A stretch of DNA of 64,000 nt, from sequence record NZ_CP020440.2; one strand, given 5' to 3'. Below are positions 8,744 through 18,021 of the stretch, in pieces. How positions within the stretch are numbered: position 1 is the first letter of the stretch; the number at the start of each line of letters is the position of its first letter. A program made the position numbers and the translations under genes. The stretch comes from a plasmid. The notes beneath the pieces were generated by a model. It did no database searches. It was not told the DNA's origin and was given only the letters and a program-made list of their open reading frames with translations.

Positions 8744-10652
8744 ATGCCTTGCGGCCCTTCGGGGCATAGCCGCCCCGGTCGGCCTTGCCCTTGGCCCCCG
8801 GCTTGGCCCAGCCGGGCTTGCCGGCGAACTTGCCCTCGGGCCGGCCGGCGGGCTTCTGGTCGAACTTGCCGCGCGGCTTGTCGCGCGGGGGCGCGGCGTC
8901 ACCTGCGGCGCGCTTGGCGGCCTTGTCTGCCGTGCTCCAGCGGGCCTTTTTCGGCGCGGCCTCGGCTTCGGCTGGGCGCTCGGCCTCGGGCGTGGGGGCG
9001 GGCGCGCGGCGGGGATAGCCTTTCTTCTCGGGCGTCTCGCGGCGCGGGGGCGCGGCGCTGCGCTCGAAATTCGGCATGCCCTCCAGCCGGACCATCATCA
9101 GCCCGTCCTCAAGCTCGGTCGCCTCGCCGAAGGCCGGGGCCGCCTCGCGCGCGATCTGCACGAAGCTTTCGTGGTCGCGCACCTTGATGGCGCCGATCAC
9201 GTCCTTGGTCACGCGGCCCGCCTCGCAGATCTTGGGCAACAGCCAGCGCGCCTCGGCCCGGCCGGAATAGCCGACCGACAGCGAGAACCAGACCGAATCG
9301 CCGAAATCGCGCGGCTCGCGCGGCGCCAGCGCATCGGGGCGTTCGCGCACCACGGTCAGTTCCTCGGGGGCCGGGCGGCCTTCGCGCCACAGCCGGATGA
9401 AGGCGGCGGCGACCTGCTCGGGGCCAAAGCGCGCGATCAGGTTCGCGGCCTGCTCGGCCTCGTCTCCGGCGGGCTCGGCCAGGGCGGGATGCTCCAGCAT
9501 CCGCTGATCGTCGCGGGCGCGCACCTCGTCGGCGCTGGGGGCACCGCCCCAGGTCGCCTCGACCCGGGCGGTCTTCAGCAGGCGCTGCGCCTTCTTGTAT
9601 TCCGGCGCGACCACGATCAGCGCCGAAACGCCCTTGGACCCCGCCCGGCCGGTCCGGCCCGAACGGTGCAGCAGGGTTTCGGCATTGGTCGGCAGGTCGG
9701 CGTGGATCACCAGCTCCAGCCCCGGCAGGTCGATGCCGCGCGCGGCCACGTCGGTCGCGATGCAGACGCGGGCGCGGCCATCGCGCAGCGCCTGCAGCGC
9801 ATGGGTGCGTTCCTGCTGGCTCAGCTCGCCCGACAGCGCCACCGCCTTGAAGCCGCGGTTGCCCATCCGCGCCAGCAGGTGGTTCACATTGGCGCGGGTC
9901 TTGCAGAAGATGATCGCCGTCTGGCTTTCATGCAGCCGCAGCAGGTTGAAGATCGCCGGTTCCCGGTCGCGAACCGAAACGCTGATCGCCCGATATTCGA
10001 TGTCGCCGTGCTGGCGCGCCTCGCCCTGGGCCACGATGCGCAGGGCGTCCTTCTGGAAATCCTTGGCCAGCTTCTCGATCGCCGGCGGCACGGTGGCCGA
10101 GAACATCAGCGTGCGGCGGCTGTCGGGGGCCGATTGCAGGATGAACTCCAGGTCCTCGCGGAAGCCCAGGTCCAGCATCTCGTCGGCCTCGTCCAGGACG
10201 GCGGCGCGCAGGCCCGACAGGTCCAGCCCGCCGCGCTCGATATGGTCGCGCAGCCGGCCGGGGGTGCCGACGACGATATGGGGCCCGCGTTCCAGCGCCC
10301 GGCGTTCGGTGCGATAGTCCATGCCGCCCACGCAGGTCGCGATGCGCGCGCCTGCCTCGGCGTAAAGCCATTCCAGTTCGCGCGCGACCTGCAGCGCCAG
10401 TTCGCGCGTCGGCGCGATGGCCAGGCCCAGCGGCACGTCGGCCGGCAGCAGCACCGCGCCCTCGCCCAGGATGTCGGGCGCCACGGCCAGGCCGAAGGCC
10501 ACCGTCTTGCCCGATCCGGTCTGCGCCGAGACCAGCATGTCGCGGCCCGCCGCGTCGGCGGCCAGCACCGCCTGCTGCACCGAGGTCAGGCTGGCATAGC
10601 CCTTGGCCGCCAGCGCCGCGGCCAAAGGCGCGGCAATAGTCAGTTCGTTCAT
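8742..10652 (-). CDS. DEAD-box ATP-dependent RNA helicase with a basic low-complexity C-terminal tail
   Basis: Start at MNELTIAAPLAAALAAKGYASLTSVQ. Motifs AQTGSGKT, PTRELA, DEAD, SAT and HRSGRTGRAG are present, plus a DbpA/RRM-like C-terminal region and then about 100 aa rich in K, R, P and A. Confidence 0.8.
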   Translation of the reverse strand: MNELTIAAPLAAALAAKGYASLTSVQQAVLAADAAGRDMLVSAQTGSGKTVAFGLAVAPDILGEGAVLLPADVPLGLAIAPTRELALQVARELEWLYAEAGARIATCVGGMDYRTERRALERGPHIVVGTPGRLRDHIERGGLDLSGLRAAVLDEADEMLDLGFREDLEFILQSAPDSRRTLMFSATVPPAIEKLAKDFQKDALRIVAQGEARQHGDIEYRAISVSVRDREPAIFNLLRLHESQTAIIFCKTRANVNHLLARMGNRGFKAVALSGELSQQERTHALQALRDGRARVCIATDVAARGIDLPGLELVIHADLPTNAETLLHRSGRTGRAGSKGVSALIVVAPEYKKAQRLLKTARVEATWGGAPSADEVRARDDQRMLEHPALAEPAGDEAEQAANLIARFGPEQVAAAFIRLWREGRPAPEELTVVRERPDALAPREPRDFGDSVWFSLSVGYSGRAEARWLLPKICEAGRVTKDVIGAIKVRDHESFVQIAREAAPAFGEATELEDGLMMVRLEGMPNFERSAAPPRRETPEKKGYPRRAPAPTPEAERPAEAEAAPKKARWSTADKAAKRAAGDAAPPRDKPRGKFDQKPAGRPEGKFAGKPGWAKPGAKGKADRGGYAPKGRKA

Positions 10653-10794
10653 GTGATCGCCAGAAAAGGGGGGTGCCGAACACCCGATGGACGGCACCTT
10701 GCCCTTGCGGCGGCCCATGGAAACCCGCCGCCCCGGACATGCGGAGCCAAAGCGCGCTTTCTAAGCCCAGGGCGCGCCGAAGGCAAGCGCAAAA

Positions 10795-11649
10795 TCACGA
10801 AACAAGGCACACCGGCACATTGTCGATCAGCCGCACCCCGTCCAGCCAGACCGCGACCAGCAGCCGCGCCTCGTGCCCCGGGCGGGGCTCGGCCAGGCTC
10901 AGGGCGTCGCGCAGCTCCAGATAATCCAGCGGTCCCAGCCCGGCGTCGCGCAGCGTGGCGCGCGCGTCCTCCAGCACCGGCTCGGGCGCGGCCCCGCCCT
11001 CGATGGCGCGGGCGGCCGCCGTCAGCGCCTGCGGGATCGCCGCCGCGCGGCGCCGCGCATCGGGCGACAGCCGCTGGTTGCGCGACGACAGCGCCACCCC
11101 GTCCTCGGCCCGGACCGAGGGGCAGGCGACGATGCGGACGGGCATGCGCAGGTCGGCAACCATCTGCCGCACGACCTGCAGCTGCTGCCAGTCCTTTTCC
11201 CCGAAATAGGCCCGGTCCGCCCGCGTCAAGTTCAAAAGCAGCGCCACCACCGTCGCCACCCCGTCGAAATGCCCCGGCCGGTGCGCGCCCTCCAGCAGCG
11301 TGTCGATGCCCCCGACCGAGACCACCGTGGCGTGGCCCGGCGGATAGACCTCGGCCGCGTCCGGCACGAACAGCGCATCGACCGCCAAGGGTGCCAGGAT
11401 CGCGGCATCGGCGTCTTCGGTACGGGGGTATTTCGCGAAATCCTCGGGGTTGTTGAACTGGCGCGGGTTCACGAACAGCGTCACGATCACCCGGTCGCAT
11501 TCGCCTTGCGCCGCGCGCACCAGGCTCAGGTGGCCCTCGTGCAGCGCGCCCATGGTCGGGACCACGCCGATGGTCGCACCCTCGGCCCGCCAGTCGCCGA
11601 TCAGCGCGGCCAGTTCGCCCGCGCCGCGGATGATGGGCACGCCGCTCAT
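10795..11649 (-). CDS. panC: pantoate--beta-alanine ligase
   Basis: 284 aa with PanC motifs ([22 protein letters not shown]). Its start overlaps the panB stop by 4 nt. Confidence 0.85.
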   Translation of the reverse strand: MSGVPIIRGAGELAALIGDWRAEGATIGVVPTMGALHEGHLSLVRAAQGECDRVIVTLFVNPRQFNNPEDFAKYPRTEDADAAILAPLAVDALFVPDAAEVYPPGHATVVSVGGIDTLLEGAHRPGHFDGVATVVALLLNLTRADRAYFGEKDWQQLQVVRQMVADLRMPVRIVACPSVRAEDGVALSSRNQRLSPDARRRAAAIPQALTAAARAIEGGAAPEPVLEDARATLRDAGLGPLDYLELRDALSLAEPRPGHEARLLVAVWLDGVRLIDNVPVCLVS

Positions 11650-12476
11650 GCGGGCTTGCCCTGGTCGGCAAAGCCGTGCTCGGGCGCCGGAAAGCGGCGG
11701 GCGCGCACGTCCTCGGCATAGGACGCGATGGCCGCCTCGGCCGCGCGGCCCAGATCCGCATAGCGGCGCACGAACTTGGGCTGGAAATCGGCGAACAGCC
11801 CCAGGATGTCGTCCACGACCAGGACCTGCCCGTCGCAGCCCGCGCCGGCGCCGATGCCGATGGTCGGGGCCGCGATCCCCTCGGTGATGCGCGCCCCCAG
11901 GGACTCGGGCAGCTTCTCCAGCACCACCGCAAAGGCCCCGGCCTCGGACAGGGCCTGCGCATCGGCCGCGACGCGCGCGCCGTCCTCGCCCCGGCCCTGC
12001 ACCTTGTAGCCGCCAAGCGCGTTCACCGATTGCGGCGTCAGCCCGACATGGCCCATCACCGGAATGCCGCGTTCGACCAGGAAGCGCACCGTTCCGGCCA
12101 TGTGCTGCCCGCCCTCAAGCTTGACCGCCTGACAGCCCGTCTCGGCCACCAGCCGCGCGGCATTGCGCATGGCCTGTTCGGGGCTCTCCTCGTAGCTGCC
12201 GAAGGGCATGTCCACCACCAGGCAGGCGCGCTCGATGCCGCGCGCCACCGCCCGGCCGTGCAGGATCATCATCTCCATCGTCACCCCCAGGGTCGAGGGC
12301 AGCCCGTGCAGCACCATGCCCAGGCTGTCGCCCACCAGCACCAGGTCGCAGGCGCGGTCCATCAGCCGCGCCATCGGCGTGGTATAGGCGGTCAGGCAGG
12401 CGATCGGCGCGCCCCCCTTGCGCGCGCGGATGTCGCCGGGCGTCAGCCGGGTCCGGCGTTCTGGCGTGGCGCTCAT
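11646..12476 (-). CDS. panB: 3-methyl-2-oxobutanoate hydroxymethyltransferase
   Basis: 276 aa with the PanB signature ([28 protein letters not shown]). Confidence 0.85.
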   Translation of the reverse strand: MSATPERRTRLTPGDIRARKGGAPIACLTAYTTPMARLMDRACDLVLVGDSLGMVLHGLPSTLGVTMEMMILHGRAVARGIERACLVVDMPFGSYEESPEQAMRNAARLVAETGCQAVKLEGGQHMAGTVRFLVERGIPVMGHVGLTPQSVNALGGYKVQGRGEDGARVAADAQALSEAGAFAVVLEKLPESLGARITEGIAAPTIGIGAGAGCDGQVLVVDDILGLFADFQPKFVRRYADLGRAAEAAIASYAEDVRARRFPAPEHGFADQGKPA

Positions 12477-12631
12477 CTCATGGTCCCCCTTGCGTTTCCA
12501 GTCGGTTCGGGCGACTGAATGGCCGATTCCCGCGCCGATGTCGCGTGAAAAGATGCGCGGCGCGGCCCGGAACGCCCACGGCGGCGGGCCCCCCTGCCCC
12601 GCTTTCAGGACCCAGTAACCCTTGGTGAACC

Positions 12632-14164
12632 ATGCCCGAGTTCCAGTTCCAGCCCGACCGCAACTGCTGGCGGGTCGAACGCGCCAGCTGCTTTTCCTTC
12701 ATCATCGACGGGCAGGCCTATTTCCGCGCCCTGCGCGAATCCCTGCTGAAGGCGCAGCGGCTGATCATCATGGTCGGCTGGGACCTCGATTTCGAAATCG
12801 AGATGCTGCCCGGCGAAAGCGACGATCAGGGCATGGCCCCGGACGGGTTGCCGAACCAGGTCGGCCCCTTCATCGACGCGCTGGCCGACCGCCGCCCCGA
12901 CCTCGACATCTACCTGCTGAAATGGAGCGGCGGCGCCCTGATCGCGCCGGGACGGGTGCTGCCCGCCGCGCGCATCAAGCTGCTTTCGCCCGACCAGGTG
13001 CACCTGGCCTTCGACGGGCGCCACCCGATCGGCGCCTGCCATCACCAGAAGATCGCGGTGATCGACGATTCGCTGGCGTTCTGCGGCGGCATCGACATGA
13101 CCGACGGGCGCTGGGACCGGCCCGAGCACGCGCCGGAAGACGATCTGCGCCGGCTCAAGAACGGCGACGTGGCCCAGCCCTGGCACGACGCCTCGGCGGT
13201 GGTGTCGGGGCCAGTGGCGGCGGCGCTGTCGGAACTGGCCCGCGACCGCTGGGCCCGCGCCAACGACGCCGAGATGGACGAGGCGTTCCGCCCCGGGGGC
13301 GACCTCTGGCCCGACAGCATCGCCCCCCTGCTGCGCGACGTCGAGATCGCCATCGCCCGGACCGAGCCGCCCGGCCCCGACAGCCCCACCGTGCCCGAGA
13401 TCGAGAACCTCTATCTGGACAGCATCCGCGCGGCGCGGGATTACATCTACCTGGAATCGCAATATTTCTGCGCCGACAGCATCACCGCGGCGATCCGTGA
13501 GCGGCTGGCCGACCCGGACGGGCCCGAGGTCGTCGTCATCAACCCCATGGCCGCGCAGTCGGTGGTCGAGGACGCCGCCATGCACGTCAGCCGCTCGCGC
13601 ATGGTGCGCGAGCTGCGCGCGCATGATCCGCATGGCCGCTTCCGCATCTTCTATCCCGTCAACGCGGCGGGCGAGCCGATCTATGTCCATGCCAAGATCA
13701 GCATCATCGACGATTGCCTGCTGCGGGTCGGCTCCTCGAACATCGACCGCCGCTCGATGGCCTTCGACACCGAATGCGACGTGGCGCTGGCGGGCCGCGA
13801 CCCGGAGGGCCGCCGCGTCATCGGAGAGTTGCGCGACCGGCTGCTGGCCGAGCATCTGGACCGCGACCCGGCCACCGTGGCGCGCGCCTTGCGCGACAAG
13901 GGCGGGCTGATCCCGGCCATCGAGGCGCTGAACCGCGATTCGGGCCGGGGCCTGCGCGACCTGCCGCTGCGCAAGGAAACGCTTCTTGGTAGCCTGCTGG
14001 CCGACACCCGCTTCTTCGATCCGCGCTATCGCCGCTCGGCGCAGGCGCGGCTGGGGCTGACCTCGCGCCACCTGATGCTGGGGGCCGGGCTGGCGCTTGG
14101 CGGCGCGCTGCTCTGGCGCCACCTGCGCCAGCAACACAGGGCGCAGCAGCCACCACGGGAATGA
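12632..14164 (+). CDS. phospholipase D / cardiolipin-synthase-like family protein with two HKD motifs
   Basis: 510 aa containing [10 protein letters not shown] and HAKISIIDD HxK(x4)D motifs. No signal peptide is evident. Confidence 0.7.
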   Translation: MPEFQFQPDRNCWRVERASCFSFIIDGQAYFRALRESLLKAQRLIIMVGWDLDFEIEMLPGESDDQGMAPDGLPNQVGPFIDALADRRPDLDIYLLKWSGGALIAPGRVLPAARIKLLSPDQVHLAFDGRHPIGACHHQKIAVIDDSLAFCGGIDMTDGRWDRPEHAPEDDLRRLKNGDVAQPWHDASAVVSGPVAAALSELARDRWARANDAEMDEAFRPGGDLWPDSIAPLLRDVEIAIARTEPPGPDSPTVPEIENLYLDSIRAARDYIYLESQYFCADSITAAIRERLADPDGPEVVVINPMAAQSVVEDAAMHVSRSRMVRELRAHDPHGRFRIFYPVNAAGEPIYVHAKISIIDDCLLRVGSSNIDRRSMAFDTECDVALAGRDPEGRRVIGELRDRLLAEHLDRDPATVARALRDKGGLIPAIEALNRDSGRGLRDLPLRKETLLGSLLADTRFFDPRYRRSAQARLGLTSRHLMLGAGLALGGALLWRHLRQQHRAQQPPRE

Positions 14165-14247
14165 CAGAACCCGCACCCTTATCCCCGATTCGCCCCTTTC
14201 GGACAGGATCGCGGATGGGTGCCAAGATTTCCTGGACGCACAGCCTT

Positions 14248-14925
14248 TCAGGGCGCGATGACCCGCACGCGCTGCACCGTGCCGTCACTGCGCCGCACGG
14301 CCGTCGCCAACCGCTCGGCCAGATGGGTCTGGACGTAGGACGCGTGAAACCGCGACGGCGCCAGCAGGGTCAGGCAGCCGTCCTCGACCGCCGCCTCGGA
14401 CAGGGCGGCGAACCAGCTTTCGAACAGGGTGCGGTCTTCCTCGGCCAGCCGGGCGCAGGCCTGCGCCCACAGCCCCTCGCCCCGGGGCAGGACGGGCCGG
14501 GCCGGCCGCAGCGGCACGACATTGTCCGCGCCGGCCCCCTGCCCCGCCAGCCGGGCCACGAAATCGGGCCCGATGTTCTCCCACTCGGGCCGCGTGTCCA
14601 GCATGATCCGCTCCAGCTCCAGCCCCAGGACCGACACCCGCCCCCGGGCCCCCGGCTGGCGCACGGCGATCCAGCCCATCGCCCGCAGCCGCGCCATCTC
14701 GCGCTTGACGGTGCGCTCGTCCACGCTCCACAGCCGCGCGATCTCGCGCTGGCCCACGGTCAACTCGTCCCGCTGCCAGTTGTAGCGGCTGGTGATCAGC
14801 GCCATCAGCCGCAGGACCAGCCGCTGGCGATGCTTGTCGCCGGCCAGGGCATGGGCCATCATGGCTGACAGGATATCGTATTTCTTGGCCGCGGCCTCAC
14901 GCCCGACGGCTCGTATCACCTGCAT
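14248..14925 (-). CDS. small DnaA-like replication initiator (winged-helix N-terminus plus DnaA domain I-like C-terminus)
   Basis: 225 aa. The N-terminal part has an HTH-like segment (ELTVGQREIARLWSVDERTVKREMARLRAMGWI). The C-terminal 70 aa (GLWAQACARLAEEDRTLFESWFAALSEAAVEDGCLTLLAPSRFHASYVQTHLAERL) follows the DnaA domain I pattern (LWxxCLxRLxxEL...W..L......L.L.APNRF..DWV...Y). It is divergent from the parAB operon across a 480 bp intergenic region. Confidence 0.55.
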   Translation of the reverse strand: MQVIRAVGREAAAKKYDILSAMMAHALAGDKHRQRLVLRLMALITSRYNWQRDELTVGQREIARLWSVDERTVKREMARLRAMGWIAVRQPGARGRVSVLGLELERIMLDTRPEWENIGPDFVARLAGQGAGADNVVPLRPARPVLPRGEGLWAQACARLAEEDRTLFESWFAALSEAAVEDGCLTLLAPSRFHASYVQTHLAERLATAVRRSDGTVQRVRVIAP

Positions 14926-15405
14926 CTCGCTCCTGCCCCCGGGGACCGCCCGGCTGCTTCATGACCCGGGTGCTGACCCCGGTACTGCCCTGGGAGGCCC
15001 GCGCCGGTCTTTGCCGCCAACGCTTTTCGTCATCCCTGCCCCATTTGCGTCCTGTTTGACGATTCTGTCAAGCGGCCCCGGGCCGTGGCACCGAAAACCC
15101 TGGATGACTCCCCCAAACCTGATTGCAAAATCGGTATTAATGGTATTGGGGGACAGGCAGGATGACACCCTATTCCGCCGCTTTGTCCCCCATTCCGCTG
15201 CGCGGGCGCCATTTTGCGTCCCCCAGTTCCGGCTCCGCCTCGACGGCTGGCCAGGCAACGCGCGTTGCCGGCGATTCGCGGGCCAGGCCGCGTTTTCAGG
15301 GCCTTGGGGAGAATTCCTGCTCTGATGAAAAATGGTTTTTGCCAGAAAGGCAAATCCGGCGTAAAAGCGGGACAGAAGAAAATTAACGTTCCATGAGACA
15401 GGCAG
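14926..15405. other. candidate replication origin and partition-operator region between the replicase and parA
   Basis: 480 bp non-coding stretch. It contains an AT-rich patch (ATTGCAAAATCGGTATTAATGGTATTGG, about 15121-15148). There is a 16 bp perfect palindrome GGCAACGCGCGTTGCC (about 15253-15268) and an inverted repeat TTGAC-N6-GTCAA (about 15055-15070). A palindrome TTTGCC-agaaa-GGCAAA (about 15337-15353) lies about 50 bp upstream of parA. The motif CCATTT(T)GCGTCC occurs as a direct repeat at about 15038 and 15208. Confidence 0.4.
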
Positions 15406-16710
15406 ATGTACACGCACGAAGACCTCGCCCGGCTGCAGGCCCAGTCCCTCAAGATGCAGGGCTGGATCCGGCGCCAGACCTTCAGCCCGGCCAATGAAAA
15501 GACCCTGCGCCGCTTCTCCTCCTGGGAGGTGGCCGAGCTGATCTTCCGGATGAACCAGTCGACCTTCCGCGGCAAGCTCGCCGCCGACCCGAACCTTCCC
15601 CTCGGGGAAGTCGAGGAGGACGGCCGCCAGCGCTGGTTCTCGCTCGACGAGGTGAACGAGCTGCGCCGCCGCATCAAGGTCAACCGCAAAAGCCTGATGC
15701 CGCCCCGCCCCGAGGGCAAGCGCGCCTTCCGCGCCGCCATCGCGAACTTCAAGGGCGGTGCCGGCAAGTCGACCGTGGCGCTGCACTTCGCCCATGCCGC
15801 GGCGCTCGATGGCTACCGCGTCCTCCTGGTGGACTTCGACCCCCAGGCGACGCTGTCGCACAGCATGGGCCTGACCGACGTGGGCGAGGATCATACCGTC
15901 TGGGGCATCATGGCCCGCGACCTCGAACGCGAAACCGACCGCATGAACGCCGTCGCCCGCGGCGCCGAATCGGGCACCGCCCTGCCCCAGCGCAAGCTGC
16001 CCGCCTCGATCCGCGACATGGGTCTCGGCACGCTGCGGCCTGCGGACTTCATCAAGCCCACCGCCTGGCCCACCATCGACATCATCCCCAGCTGCGCCAA
16101 CGCCGCCTTCGTCGAGTTCGCCAGCGCCCAGTACCGCCACCTGAACCCGGAATGGACCTTCTTCGGCGCGGTCTCGCGCTTCCTCGACAGCCTCGCGGAC
16201 GATGCCTACGACCTGATCCTCTTCGACTGCCCGCCGGCCATCGGCTACCAGTCGATGAACGCGGTCTTTGCGGCCGACATGCTCTATATCCCCTCGGGTC
16301 CCGGCTACTGGGAATACGACTCGACCACCAGCTTCATCGGCCAGCTCTCCGAGGCGCTCGAGGATCTCTCGCACGGGTTCGAGAACTTCCCCACGGGGAA
16401 GATCCGCCTGCCCAAGGCCTTCGCCGATGTCCGCTTCCTGATGACGCGGTTCGAGCCCTCGAACGAATTGCACCAGGCCATGCTCGGCGCCTTCCGCCAG
16501 GTCTTCGGCGATCGCATGGCCGAGCACCCGATCGAGCTGACCCGCGCCGTCGAGCAATCCGGCCGCTTCCTCAGCTCCATCTACGAGATCGACTACCGCG
16601 AGATGACCCGCGGCACGTGGCGACGCGCCCGCGCGACCTTCGATCAGGCCTATGAGGAGTTCAAGTCCCACGCCATCGCAGCCTGGGCCAAGCTGGAGGA
16701 TCAGGCATGA
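15406..16710 (+). CDS. RepA/ParA-family partition ATPase with a long N-terminal extension
   Basis: 434 aa. Deviant Walker A (KGGAGKST), LLVDFDPQ, and an N-terminal extension of about 120 aa typical of RepA from repABC and related alphaproteobacterial replicons. The stop overlaps the parB start. Confidence 0.8.
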   Translation: MYTHEDLARLQAQSLKMQGWIRRQTFSPANEKTLRRFSSWEVAELIFRMNQSTFRGKLAADPNLPLGEVEEDGRQRWFSLDEVNELRRRIKVNRKSLMPPRPEGKRAFRAAIANFKGGAGKSTVALHFAHAAALDGYRVLLVDFDPQATLSHSMGLTDVGEDHTVWGIMARDLERETDRMNAVARGAESGTALPQRKLPASIRDMGLGTLRPADFIKPTAWPTIDIIPSCANAAFVEFASAQYRHLNPEWTFFGAVSRFLDSLADDAYDLILFDCPPAIGYQSMNAVFAADMLYIPSGPGYWEYDSTTSFIGQLSEALEDLSHGFENFPTGKIRLPKAFADVRFLMTRFEPSNELHQAMLGAFRQVFGDRMAEHPIELTRAVEQSGRFLSSIYEIDYREMTRGTWRRARATFDQAYEEFKSHAIAAWAKLEDQA

Positions 16711-17816
16711 GCCGCAAGCGCCGCATGTTCGACATCGAGATGCCCGACGAGCCCGCCCCCGACGTCCCCGCGGGGAAGGTCGAGCCCGCCCCCGAGGCCG
16801 AGCCGCCGCGTCGCGGTCCCATGGCCACCGCGATCAGCGAAACCGCCGAATCCAGTCGCGAGCGCGCCCGGCTTGAAGCCGATATCCGGGCTGAGAACGA
16901 CGCGCTGGCCGCCGAGCATGTCCGGCTGAAGCGGGCAGGGCTCATCACCGACCTGATCCCGGTCGACGTCATCGACACCCAGAAGCTGATCCGCGACCGC
17001 GCGCCCGGTCCCGATTTCGAACTGGCCGAGCTGGTCGCCTCGATCCGCGAGATCGGCCTTTCGAACCCGATCCGCGTCGAGCCCGCCGGGAACGGCCGCT
17101 ACGAACTGATCCAGGGCTGGCGCCGCTTGTCGGCCTATCGCCAGCTGCTCGAGGAGACCGGCGATGCCGAGACCTGGGGCCGGATCCCGGCCGGCATCGC
17201 GGCGCGCGGCGACGAACTGGAACGCCTCTACCGCCGCATGGTGGACGAGAACCTGGTGCGCAAGGACATCTCCTTCGCCGAGATGGCCCAGCTCGCCCTG
17301 CATTACGCCATGGACCCGCTGACGCCCGAGAACGACCCCGAGAAGGCCGTGGCGATCCTGTTCAAGTCCGCCGGCTATCAGAAGCGCAGCTACATCCGCA
17401 GCTTCATCCGCGTGGTCGAGGCGCTGGACGGCGTGCTCCTCTACATGGCCGAGATCCCGCGCGCCCTGGGCCTGGCGCTGGCGGCGCGCCTGGACGAGGT
17501 GCCGGGCCTGGTCGGCGCCATCCGGGCCGAGCTCAAGGACTGGGACACCCGCAGCATCAAGGACGAACTTGATCTGCTCCGCCGCTTCGCAGGGCAGGGC
17601 GAGGACGCGGTCACCGCGCCCGCTCCCAAGGCCAAGTCCCCGACCATCCCCGCGGGGAAGGCGCGCACCACCTTCCAGATCGCGCGCCCCCAGGGCAGTG
17701 CCAAATGCACCGCCGCCAACGGCCGGCTCGAGATCCGGCTGCCGCGCGACTTCTCGGCCATCGACCGCCGCAAGCTTGAGGCCGCCGTCCGCTCCATGCT
17801 GGAAAGCCTCGAGTGA
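16707..17816 (+). CDS. ParB/RepB-family partition protein
   Basis: 369 aa with a ParB-box region (IPVDVIDTQKLIRDRAPG...IREIGLSNPIRVEPAGNGRYELIQGWRRLSAYRQL). It is followed by non-replication genes, so no repC follows it. Confidence 0.8.
   Translation: MSRKRRMFDIEMPDEPAPDVPAGKVEPAPEAEPPRRGPMATAISETAESSRERARLEADIRAENDALAAEHVRLKRAGLITDLIPVDVIDTQKLIRDRAPGPDFELAELVASIREIGLSNPIRVEPAGNGRYELIQGWRRLSAYRQLLEETGDAETWGRIPAGIAARGDELERLYRRMVDENLVRKDISFAEMAQLALHYAMDPLTPENDPEKAVAILFKSAGYQKRSYIRSFIRVVEALDGVLLYMAEIPRALGLALAARLDEVPGLVGAIRAELKDWDTRSIKDELDLLRRFAGQGEDAVTAPAPKAKSPTIPAGKARTTFQIARPQGSAKCTAANGRLEIRLPRDFSAIDRRKLEAAVRSMLESLE
16765..16778. repeat. copy 1 of the GC-rich palindrome TCCCCGCGGGGAAG, inside the parB coding sequence (codons P-A-G-K, residues 21-24); a candidate parS-like site
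   Basis: Exact 14-mer identical to the copies at about 17647 and about 17820. The core CCCCGCGGGG is a perfect palindrome. Confidence 0.4.
17647..17660. repeat. copy 2 of TCCCCGCGGGGAAG, inside the parB coding sequence (I-P-A-G-K, residues 314-318)
   Basis: Exact repeat of the 14-mer. Placed by codon arithmetic from the parB start. Confidence 0.4.
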
Positions 17817-17817
17817 C

Positions 17818-17833
17818 CTTCCCCGCGGGGAAG
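17818..17833. repeat. copy 3, extended to a perfect 16 bp palindrome CTTCCCCGCGGGGAAG two nt after the parB stop; a candidate parS and/or parB terminator hairpin
   Basis: Perfect palindrome followed by a T-rich stretch (cttctttctt). Confidence 0.45.
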
Positions 17834-18021
17834 CCGCCCCCAGTGCTTCTTTCTTGCCCAAATATCCCGCAGGGGCTCCGGGGGACGCGAAGTCCCCCGT
17901 GCGGCCGCGCCAAAGGTGGAATGTTCCTGTTATGTTCCGTTCGTCCGCGCTTTGCCTTCACCGGGCGGACGTGCTAGCCCGGCCTGAAAACCGGGCGACG
18001 CCGGGGCAGGGACAACGGGCG

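Noticed and set aside
8742-10652. DEAD-box helicase considered as a possible defence or anti-phage helicase
   Set aside because: It has the full canonical DEAD-box motif set and a DbpA/RhlE-like C-terminal RNA-binding region with a basic tail, which fits a housekeeping RNA helicase. There are no adjacent nuclease, methylase or other defence-associated partners, only panCB and pobA.
9171-11456. Very long antisense ORFs, for example 761 aa at 9171..11456, 1133 aa at 46175..49576, 773 aa at 56369..58690 and 386 aa at 16701..17861
   Set aside because: They lie opposite strongly supported genes (helicase and panC, TonB receptor, emrB, parB). The translations are Arg/Gly/Pro/Ala low-complexity. 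Long stop-free antisense frames are expected when GC3 is very high.
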